Positions 14,133 through 25,500 of a stretch of DNA of 64,000 bases are shown piece by piece. Below the pieces are notes generated by a model, which had not been told where the DNA came from, made no database searches, and was given only the letters and a program-made list of their open reading frames with translations. The translations under genes and the position numbers were made by a program. The first letter of the stretch is position 1. The number at the start of each line of letters is the position of its first letter. Source of the DNA: Paraspadella gotoi (lineage: Eukaryota > Animalia > Chaetognatha). The stretch covers positions 29,641,182 through 29,705,181 of the forward strand of contig CM119264.1 of the NCBI GenBank assembly GCA_051294375.1, in the 5' to 3' direction.

Positions 14133-15448
14133 TTAATACCCGAATTTGGAAAACAGCCAAGAGCAACAATTACTTTTCTTTTCATTCTCCTCTTTCTTCT
14201 CTACCACGACCGTTCCTTCTGGTTTCAGTAACGCCGACAATCTGACCAACGCCGCCGTCGATGGAAACGGTTCCATCCGACCCATCTCCACGCTGTCCTG
14301 CAACAAAATCTCGATCGGATCCAAACGATCGAAGATGTAGTCAAAGATCGAAGAGACGTTATGGCCGGTCAGAGCCGAGGCTTCGAAATAAGGAGCGGGC
14401 GAGTGAGCGGGCAGCCCGTTGACGGAACGAGAGAGGGCAGTTGCTCGATCACGCAGCTCGATCGTGGAAGAAGATGAAGGAAGGATCAGATCGGACTTGT
14501 TGCCGACGATCACCTGAAACGATGGGTCGGTTATTCCTTGATTATGGAGGTGCAAGAAACCCGAGCAATCAGTTGGTCTGCTTCCCTGCCAGATTCGGAT
14601 TGAATACCGAGGTCCTAAGGACCATGAGCCGATGGCGTTCCTCAATGAGCCACAAGTGATGCTTATAAACATTGGCCGACTGTACATATGTGGTATTCTT
14701 TCTACAATATGCAAATCAAATTATCGCCGATTTTTGCCGTGTTTTTTTTTTAATCTCAGGACTTACCTTGATGCAGTCTTTGTCTGTATTATTAAGAGCG
14801 TAGGGTAGAAAAACATTTTCAAGTAGATCCAGCGAAACTCGTTCGCTCAAATCAAAGACTAAAATTACGGCGGAAGAATATCGAAAATATTGCGGACTGG
14901 AAAAAAATGTATAATGGAAGGTCACTCTTAATAGTACTACCTTAATTTTTAGCAATAATCCTCCGCCTAAGCCTAATACCTATCCTAATCTCTGACTTTA
15001 ATCTGCTATTGATAATCTCTTATCCTAATCCCTAATTCTAACTTAACCTAAATCTAAACCTTATATAGGCACTTTTAGAATATATTTAAATATATATTTA
15101 TATATTTAAATTGTGTTTTATCGTCACGAAGGATCGTACCTGAATGACCGAAATTTCTCTTGCCCAGCCGTGTCCCAAATTGCGTACCATTTTTTGCGAC
15201 ACTTTATCATAGTGGTCGCCAAGGACCGTGTCGGTTGGGGTTCCTTTAGGCCGAATTAGATTATAAAAGTTATAAATGAAATACTTATAATATTTAATTA
15301 GTAACGACAAAACTTTAAGTTTAGAAAAACAATTAAAGACACGACTCACTTCAAATCTGTTTTGATTGAAACGATGTATCAACGCAGTTTTACCAACCAA
15401 ATGCATTCCGAAAATATTTATTTTAAAATCTGGGGTGACGTGTACCAT
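14133..15448 (-). CDS. RAB20: Rab20-like small GTPase, 4 exons, 237 aa
   Basis: Exons 15448-15350 (MVHVTPDFKINIFGMHLVGKT...RFE), 15243-15140 (EPQPTRSLATTMIKCRKKWYAIWDTAGQEKFRSF), 14896-14767 (SPQYFRYSSAVILVFDLS...TDKDCIK) and 14513-14133 (VIVGNKSDL...YFEASALTGHNVSSIFDYIFD...KSNCCSWLFSKFGY*). All introns are GT-AG with phases 0/2/0. G1, G3, G4 and G5 motifs are present. The short interswitch segment and KDC..IVGNKxDL resemble vertebrate Rab20. The Rab call is firm; the subfamily is less so. Confidence 0.85.
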
Positions 15449-15525
15449 TTTGCTTAGTACCTTGGAAATTTAATCGATTTGTAGTATGTAGGGGATTTTG
15501 GGGGGGAAAATTATAAAAATAAAAT

Positions 15526-15594
<69 letters not shown>

Positions 15595-15980
15595 GATGTG
15601 CCCTTTTGCCTAGACAGATAAGATTTCACCGTCTGAGATTCTGAATCTTCCATTTAATCTTCAGTCAAACTCAACTAAACTTAAACTTTTTAAGTATGCA
15701 ACTTAATAGTGAATCGATCAAATCATTATCTACGATAAGAAAACCTAATTATAACACTTTTTTAATGATTTAATATTAAAAATATATTGTCTGGTTTTTA
15801 CCGAGACGATCTTTCGCCGATGCGACGATTTTGCGTCGAGAACAAAACAAACAAACACTTCAACTTTTACACGAGCGATTCCATGTTTGTCCATGTCATT
15901 TTTTAGAGCTCTCTTGTGAATCTCTCTCTCTCTCTACTCTCTCTCTCTCTCTCTCTCTCTCGCTCTCTTCTCTCTCGCTG

Positions 15981-16037
<57 letters not shown>

Positions 16038-16172
16038 CTCTCTTCTCTCTCTCTCTCTCTCTCTCTGATCCTAATTTGTTTGAATTTAACGACAAAGATT
16101 TTTCCCAGAAAAAACAAAAAACACGAAAAAAAATATTACCGAAAATATTTTGGGTTTTTTGCGGTAAAAAAC

Positions 16173-16253
<81 letters not shown>

Positions 16254-16524
16254 GGGAATTATAGAGATGATCAAATTGTTTATTTCAGTAACAAGACTGA
16301 TTTAGCAGCCAAGCAGCATCCAAACGGACAAATAAAAACGAACTCCGAAGACCTAGCAATCAAAAGAAGTCAAAAGACCAAGCAATCAAACGAACTCCGA
16401 AAACGAACCAATCAAATAAACTCAGAAGACCACGCAATAAAATGAGCTCAGAAGACCGGGCAATCGAATAAATTCGGAAGACCAACGTCTCTTTGCCTCC
16501 AACCCACTTTGTCGACTTGACGCA

Positions 16525-19507
16525 ATGGACCAAAAACCCGGAGAAGTCCAGGACTCCACTGGATCCCGCGTGGCGTTGGAGCAGCGCGCTCATGGCGCCT
16601 CTGGCGGCGGAATGACGCATCGTCTATTTTTATGCGTCGTCGCCGCAGTTTTGGGATCCTCGTTTCAATTCGGGTGAGTTTAGTGTCAGGAAGATTATGC
16701 GGGCGAGTCAGTTGGAGAGCTCGGTTTGTTTAGTTATGATTTTTATCAAAAAAAGACTTTTTATTTACTTCACTGTATAGTACAACTTATAAAAAAAACA
16801 CCTCCATCGATAAAACTTATTATTATTGCTTTTAGTAATAGTAAATAAAGGAAAGGAATTTAAATAAAAGAAAAGAGAATATTTAATGTGCAAAATTGAC
16901 CCCGTTTTCGCAGTTACAACAACTCTGTGCTTAACACGACCAACGCCCCTATCAAAGATTGGATCAATTCTACCGTGGAGTCCCGCGGTAGCACCGGAGG
17001 AGAATGGATCTTCCCACTCACCGTCTCCATCTGGGCTCTTGGCGGCCTCATGGGCGGATTGTCGGCCGGAATCGCCGCCGATAAGCTGGGGCGAAAGGTG
17101 TGAGAATTCAAGATCGGTTTTGGCCAAATTTCTCAACCCTACACGATGTACAATTGTACATTTTGCCCTGCGTATAGTGCAATGTGCAATGTGCAGCGTT
17201 GAGTAAATTAGTTTCGTAACTAATGCCCGTCTGAAACAGTTCTGTACAAGCTTGAGTTAATCTGAAATCAAATGCATCTTTAGAGACAAATCATTTAACA
17301 TAGTGTTTTATTTATATCTCTTTCTCGACACAACTTCATATGTTAGTCATGTGATAATAATTTTTAACTTAATCACCTCACAGGGCGCCATGATGTGGAA
17401 CAACATCTTAGCCCTTACGGCCGGCATCCTCATGGGCTGCGCCAAAGTGGGCGGATCCTTCGAGATGCTCATCATAGGCCGTTTCGTCAGCGGACTTAAC
17501 TGCGGCTTCAACACGATTCTGCCGACGATGTACTTGGGAGAGATCGCGCCAGTTCGGCTGAGAGGCGGCCTTGGGGTCGCACATCAGTTGTCGGTTAGAT
17601 TTGTCGTCAATGTTTAATTTGTCGGTCATCTTGTCACAGTATCATCGAATTAGTAATTTTCAAGTTTAATTTAAAATTTTAGAATTCTTAATTCATAGTT
17701 TCTATGTTTATTGACTTTTTTATATAAAAAAAATAAATAATCATCGTTTTGTTTAAAAAGTTACTTTTTAAAATTATAAAATCAATGTTAGGTCCACTTA
17801 TCACGGCGATTTTTTTTACATTTTTGAGTTAAAATTCTTAATTTTCTTCCGGGTTTTCTATCATCTTTAACTAAAAAAAATATTTTTAAATATTAAATCT
17901 TTTCCGAAAGTAACATAAAACCATAATAAACGAAATGATCAACTAATTAACCTCAGGTCGTATGCGGCATCCTACTCTCCCAAGTCGTGGGATTGCCGGA
18001 AATCTTCGGCACTTCCACCCTCTGGCCGATCGCCGTCGCCTTTACCGCTTTTCCGGCGCTGATTCAACCGGCTCTTCTACTCTTTTGTCCGGGAAAGTCC
18101 GAGGCATATTTACTCATCAACGCCGGAGACGAGAGAGGGGCAGAGGTGAGGAAGGGGAAGGAGAGGAAGGGGGAGGAGTGGAAGGGGGGTGGGTGGGTCG
18201 GAGGTGACGAAGGGGAAGGAGAGGAGGAAGGGGGGAGGAGAGGAAGGGGGAGGTGGGGCGGAGTGAGGAAGGGGGGGGAGGAGAGGAAGGAGAGGGGGAG
18301 GTGGGGCGGAGGTGAGGAAGGGGGGAGGTGGGGGGAGGTGAGGGAAGGGGGAGTTGAGGGGGGGGAGGGGAGGGAGGGGGGGGGCGAGGTGAGGGGGGGG
18401 GAGAAGGGAGGGAGGTTGGGGCGGAGGTGAGGAAGGGGGAGGTGGGGCGAGGTGAGAAGGGGGGAGGTGGGGGGTAGGGAGAGGAAGGGATGGAGGTGGC
18501 GGAGGTGAGGAAGGGGGGAGTTGAGGGGGAGGAGAGGAAGAGGGGAGGTGAGAATGTGAGGTAGGTTGGGCGGAGTGAGGAAGGGGGAGGTGGTGGAGGA
18601 AGGAGAGATGGTGGGCGGAGGTGAGGAAATGGAGGTGGGGAGGAGAGGAGTAATGGGGCTAGCGAGAGAGGGGGTGAGGGATAGAGAAGTAAACAAAGGA
18701 GAATAAAACTGTTAAGTTCAAAGTAAAGATTCTGGACAGTTTCTTTGATTTGATATTGTTTGTTTTTTTTTGTTGTTTTTTTTCGTTTAAATGTAGCCAG
18801 TTCGAGAACTGCTGTTCGCCTATTCTCCTCAGGGCAGCAAAGAGAGAAAATGAGTTTTGCTGAGTAGAACAGCAAGTTCTCTACACAGATTTTTTTTAAC
18901 TATTTTTTTGCGTTTTTATTTTTATATCCTTCTGACATGAAAGGCGACATGAACGAGAAAGACAACGTCGAAAGAGAAAATCAATTTGACCTTGACTACT
19001 TTGACCGAATTAACCTTGATTAAATTGACCAAGACCAAAATGAATTTGACCTAATTAACCATGACCAAATTGACCCCCTCACTTGAATACGACCAATTTG
19101 ACCATGACGATTGACGAATATGACTTGGCCAATGGCCATGGACAATGCACATTGTCCAATTGTCCAATGGACTGTGGGCTGTTAGCTATCGGTTAGCCTT
19201 ATGTCCCGATGAAAAAGCAGGGGTTTCTCAAATTTTTATATATACATGACATAAAATTGTACGAATTTGAATTGATTTTGTGAAAATTCAAGGAAATCCC
19301 GGGCCAACGAGGCGTATCGTAGAATAACTATAATATGCATAAGATAATTTCAATAACAAGTGAGCGACTTATTCATTTGCATAAAAAGCTTTGATTTTGT
19401 TCTTTATATATTTATAATTAAACTCTCTCTTCGAAGGACAAATGTATATAAAAAATGAAGAAGGACGGTAATATCGATTCTCATAATAAGAGAGAGATTG
19501 GATAAAG

Positions 19508-19555
<48 letters not shown>

Positions 19556-22500
19556 ACTTAAGTGGCATTTTTGAAGCTTGAACGAGTCTTTTCCGGTACA
19601 AAATCTGTTAAACTGCGATACTGTTTCTAATTTTGTCAATACTATTTTTTGTATTAATAAAAAAAAATGTAACATCTAATTTAATAATTATAAATAACTT
19701 CATCTGTATTTTAAAAAAAATCTCTTAACGTACATTCAATTTTTTATGTCGAGCTCTGTTTAAACTGAATCAGAAGTTCAATTTTAGAATGTAATTTTTA
19801 ATCAAGCTTTGATTGGTTTTTAAATCGTCTGTGTCACAATGAACTTTGGATTAAATCTTTATCGGTCATTCGGAAAAAAAAATGATTTGCCAAAAAAAAG
19901 TTGACGTTGCATGACGATAAAAAATTATAAATAATAATTATAATAATAATTATAAAATAAAAAATTATTTGCCAAAAAAAAGTTGACGTTGCATGACGAT
20001 AAATAAGAGTCGCTTCTTGGTTCAAAGTAAAATGTTAAAAATTTTGATGGATAAAAGCTATATATATATTGAACAAAAAAAAATAGTGAATAGAAGAAAG
20101 CTTTCAAGTACTTAATAGTTTTCAAATTGAATTGGTGGGAAAAAAGAAATTAGCATTTAGCATTATTGAATTAGAGGTTTTTCATCGCGGGCACAAGAGG
20201 GTCATATCTTCAGGTCGACTTTGGTTGTGGCGCTAGATCGACTCAGAATTTCCCCAGGGATATCTTGCAAAATTTAACGGTCGATCTCGAGGAAAAATTG
20301 AAATTGTAGTGTAATTGAATTGATATATATTTTCATTAAAGTAATTAATGAGCTAAATGCGAAAACATTTGTTTTGCCAAATATTTCGGGATACATATAT
20401 AAACATATATATATATATATATTCCTTTAATGAAAAGACTAAACCTAATGGGGTCTTTGACAGTTTCTGTTATCATTCTATTTTTCTTTTCAGCATTAAT
20501 TCCTTTAATTTTTCTCTTTTTCTTCTCTTAACCAAATTTTTCTTTCTTTTTTTCTTTTTTTTCTTTTTACTTTCTTTTTTTTTTCTTTCTTTTTTTTAAA
20601 GTGTAGTTCTTATCCTCTTCCTCTTCCTCCTCCAAGCTCTCTTTCTTGTTTTTCGTCTCTCCACTTTCGTCCTTGGGTAATCAACACGGTTATTTCCCTT
20701 TTTTCGGTTAAAACTGCGTGAAATTGTTCCTTATTTAAGATTATTTTTGTGATTTAAGCTTTAATAAACTTACTAACAATTTTTTATCCCGAATTTAGGT
20801 ATTATTTTTAAGATTGCAAATAAAAACGCTTCAGAGACACTTTATAATCAACTGTTAAACGAATCTCAATCATTGAAAAAGGAAAAAAACAAAATTTCCA
20901 GCTGGCCTCACTCTTTTCCGGATTGGTTCAATCGGCTAAAAATGAATCATCGTACTAAGAAACAGTTTTTCTGGTCTCGCCTAAACTGGACTTAAAAAGA
21001 AACCCAGAGTTTGAACCCTGATTGATCGGGAATCGACTTTCCAAAACAAAAACTCGTTCAGTCACATTTTTCTGGGCGAAGTTTTTGAAGAACTGCGACG
21101 CTTCTCTATCTCGGAAAAAAAATGTTTTTGATGTTATTTTGTTTTTAAAAAGACGAAAATAAACATTAACCAAACAAAACAAAAATAAATAAAAATGGCT
21201 AAAGGCAAAAAAGGAAAGATTAAAGCCGGAAAAACCAGCGGAAAATCAACTTATTCTCCGACGTATATAGACAAGTAAGTGAATCGTTTTGTGGAACAAA
21301 TGAACATCGAGCGAGTTTCGTAACACTGAATTGTGAAAATAAAATTTAAATTTTAACAAAATTGAATAAATTTGAATTAATTATTATTTTTGTTGCTTTG
21401 TTATTGTAAAGAAATTATAATTAGTGTATTTTCCCTTTCTTTTTTGTTGGTTTTAAATTTGAGATGGGAAAAGTTCTTTTTTCCCCTCTCTGTCTCTTTC
21501 TTTCACACACTCTCTCTCTCTGTCTTTTACTTCAAATGCAAAAACCCTTTGTGCAATTCACACTGATGTAATTCTGAAACTGAGACCGAAACAAGATTTC
21601 GTTGTGAAAACAAAGAAAATAGAAATAAAATATTGTTTTAATAAAAGGTAGAATAATAAAAAAAATGTATTTAATTTATGAATTTATATGCAACTATTTT
21701 AACCATAATACCTGAAGACCTGCTCTGTTATTATCTTGTAAGATAGATCGAATGAATTAAACATTTTTATATTAGTTGCACCGATTTAATTTAAATAATA
21801 AAATTCCCCAATCCCCCTTTAGAACCGAGCACGACAACGACCTCATCGATGCATCTGGGGTCATGATAAAAAACATTCACGACATCTACATTTGCTACGA
21901 CGTGGACCGTCAACGTCGAGTCCGCGTCGCAGCCTTCGACGCTTGGCGCCGCTGCAGTCCCGAGACTTCGCGCCGCATGACGCACGTGGCCAAGATCGTC
22001 GTCTTAGCGCCGGTACTTTTCGGCGCGGCGCCCGTGGATCAGATGTCTCTGGACATTTTCAAATCTTACCGCGTCTTTTCTGACCCACCGAAGCGAGTTA
22101 ATTCAAAGTTGGGCAAAGACGCTTATTCCTTCTACAGGATCGTCGGGTTCGGAGTGGAATCCTTCGTCGACATGCTGAACTTCTCCATCTTTTCCTCGAC
22201 TCTGAATGCTGTGGAAGAATTGATGAAGAAGAGGAAGACTTTCGCCGATGTGATGATCGGTTCCGATGCGGACGAATGGATCGGCATCTTAACTCAAAAA
22301 ATCTCGTCTTGCATCGACAAGGAACCTTGGTACAGACCGTCGCTGATCAATGACTCTCAGTTGAGCGCCGTGGGTTTCGTCATAGGAAAAGTCTACGCTT
22401 CCTTGATTCTCATGTCCTATTCTTGGGGATTCGAAGCGGATTTCGATCTTTTCTGGGAAATGTTCCTTAAAAAGTCGCCGGATACAATTCGGTTTAAGAA

Positions 22501-25500
22501 TAGGGGTAATAAATATTACAAGCAATGCGTTGAATACGATGGCGCCGACGGACCGCCTCCGTGGGATTTACCCATGGCTATTTATACACTGGGGTTGAGA
22601 GATTCTCAATTTTCGGCCGTTTTGTATTGTAACAGGAGTCTCTGTTTTTTAAAGGACAAAAAATATGAAGAGGCTATGAGCGATGCTTTGAGAACGATTA
22701 TTTTAGAACCGGAGTGGAGCAAGGGTCATTTTAGATTGGGAGAATCCCTATACCGGTTGGGCAGGTACAACATCGCTCTCTTCGCTAATTTAAACGGCAA
22801 CGATTCGTGTAAAAATAATTTGGTTTTGAATAAGAAAGAAGATTTGGAAAATTTGTCCAATCAGAGTAAAAGTTGGACAAAGCATAATTCTAGACAAATC
22901 ACGACTAAATGGGATTGCGATATGAAGGAATGTCCATCTTATATGAAAGCTAAATTGCTTTCCGCCAAACTGATGATGGCCAGAGCTTTGTTCAAAAATC
23001 TATTGATTGATAAATTAGCAATCACTCTGGACGAAGGTGAAAATAGGTGGGCGGATAATAAAGTGGAATATCGAGAGCATAAAGTTGATTTGGTCGAAAT
23101 GAGTGAAATGACTTTCGAAGATGCCTTCGAAATGATCAAACTCGATCCGATGGATTGCGTCGTTTTCTTTACTCACGACAATGAGGACTACATGACTTTG
23201 AGAGCGGACATCAATCGATGCGAAGAGAGATTTGGAAATGTGACATGGCACAATGGAGTGGAATGGTTGGTGGAGAAAAGTCGAGAGTGTGAGACGGACG
23301 ATGGAACGGAAAACGAAGAGATGGAACCGTCGGTGGTGGAAAATTTTAAATTGGAATCGTTGGTAGCGAATCGCAATGCGCAAGTTAATAGATTGAAAGA
23401 GGAATTAAAGAGCAGTCAGGAAAGCAGAAAATACAAAGAGATCGAATCGGAGACGTTGGCATCTTTGGTCAAAGCGATCGATACGAAGATATTGGAATCC
23501 GAAGGGTCGGGCAGAGCGAAAATGAAAAAGGCGCAAGGCGAGGAATTGATCAGACTCACGCAGGAACTAGCAGACACTAAAGTAAAATTAGAGGCGTCGT
23601 TGAGAGACGCGGACAAATTGCGCAATGATTTAGCGACGATGAAAATGACGAAGAACGAAATCGCGAAGAGAGAAGAGAATAAACTGTGTTTACGATGCAA
23701 GAGATACGAAAATTCATTGGCGATTGTGACGGAAAAAGAACAAAGGTTAACCAAAGAAGCGAATATTTTAAGACGAGAAGCCAATAAAGTCGGCGATCTG
23801 CAGAAAAAGATCGCCGAGCTGCAAGAAGAGAATTCTGATTTGACCAAGGACGTTGAAGACAATGCGAATGTCAACCAAGAGGAAGATGAAGAGAGATCGG
23901 AAGAAGAGAAACGAATGAGAGAAGAATTAGAAGAAAGAATTTCGACGCAAGAATCGAAAATTGATAAATTGAGTTTAGAAAATGAGAGAATTAATAAAGA
24001 GACGTCGAGCGTATCCGCAGAGAATCGGAGATTGAAAAGAGAGAAACAGATTTTGTTAAAGAGTCTAGAGTCAACATCTTCTTCCGGACTCGACGCTTTA
24101 GTTTCTTGCAAAGAAGACTACCAGGCCTTTGTCTCTCGCATGGAGGAACTCGTCCTCAAAGGCGTCGAGACGGGCGTCGACGAAGCAGCGATGGAGCCGC
24201 TGCGGCAGCACCGCAGCATCTTCGCCAGCCGCGTCGGAGTGTTGGGAAAGATAGAGACGGAGACGAGACATTCGTTGAGGAACGTGAAGAGTTCTCTCGA
24301 AGGAGGCGATTCTCTATTTCGAATCGTTCCGGAGCGTCAGGGAGGATTTAAGAAAAAATTGGATCTGAGGAAGATTATAGAGTTTCGGGCGAAGAAGGTT
24401 CCGCGTTCGAGTCCCTTGGCGATAGAATTTCCAAAGTCAGAGATTAGAAGAACGGTCCAGACGATGGGGGAAAGAAAAGTCAATTTCAGTAATATAACGC
24501 AGACGATGGGGGAAAGAAAAGTCAATTTCGATAATATTATACAGACGATGGCGGAAAGACATCCTAGAATTCCTAGATCTTTTTTCGTGATGGTTTTTTC
24601 ATTATTGAGACACGAAAGAGGAAAACTGAGCGGTTTGACAAAATCAGAAATCGTGAATAATTTGGAGGAAAAACTAAATTGGATCGTGAATGATTTCACT
24701 GACGTCGAGTTGGAGTTTATTCATCGTGGAGCTCTGTCGCGTACAAGCGCGCCACAAACGCATTACGAAAAGTAATTATATCGTTTAAAATTTAATTATT
24801 ATTAGACAATAGACGTTAGACAATAGACATAGTTCACTTAGTTACACTCTAAGAATTGGATTTTAGTTTCCTGATCTTATTTGGGCATCTTTTTGAAATT
24901 TAGAATAATCAAAGGTTTTTTTCAGAATTTATGAATAGAAATTTTAAAAAATTATATAATTATACATAATAATTTAATTATGTTGTTTTTCTTTCTTTTC
25001 GTTGTGTATTGTGATTTAGAGAAAAGTTTGATTGTAGTGGCAACAACGAATTTTATTTATTGAGAAAACGGACATGTTTCGGTTCAACAATACGAACCTT
25101 CTTCAATAAAACAAATTCGTTGTTGCTACTACAATCTAACTTTTCTTTAAATAATTTAATTTAATTTTCAGAAAGGCGAAAGACCCTGAGAGCGAAAAAG
25201 AAGACTGCCCAATCTGCTTGGACGAGTTAAACGACCCCAAGAACCAAATCAGTTTCAACTGTCGGCATAAGTTTCACCCAGAATGCATTTCCACGTGGCT
25301 CAAGTTGAAAAACGAATGCCCTACGTGCAGAACTATTTTGGTCAACAAGTCAAAATGACCAAATTTTGTTTCATACCTTATTTGTTGTTTGTTGTAGTTT
25401 TTTACTTAATTCATTTTCAAATCTAAGTTTTATTTTGTTTAAAACATATACTTTTCCTCATAATCATAATATTTTTTAAAATACTAACCAACTGCACATT

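Noticed and set aside
15831-16445. 204-aa ORF and the many similar RERE/SLSL/FLSF ORFs across the window
   Set aside because: They are translations of (GA)n/(CT)n/(GAAA)n microsatellites.
18064-18875. Extensin-like Pro-rich ORFs (210 and 252 aa, minus strand)
   Set aside because: Antisense read of the G-rich intronic repeat, open only because of low complexity.
18985-19170. Cluster of TGACC nuclear-receptor-like half-sites
   Set aside because: Spacing is irregular in a degenerate low-complexity tract; it cannot be distinguished from a decayed repeat.
23416-24111. 231-aa minus-strand ORF
   Set aside because: Antisense shadow of the TTC3-like coiled-coil region.
21776-24775. 999-aa ORF as a single-exon gene or transposon ORF
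   Set aside because: It starts at a TTG inside an intron and ends at a splice donor. It has no transposase/RT motifs and is exon 2 of the TTC3-like gene.
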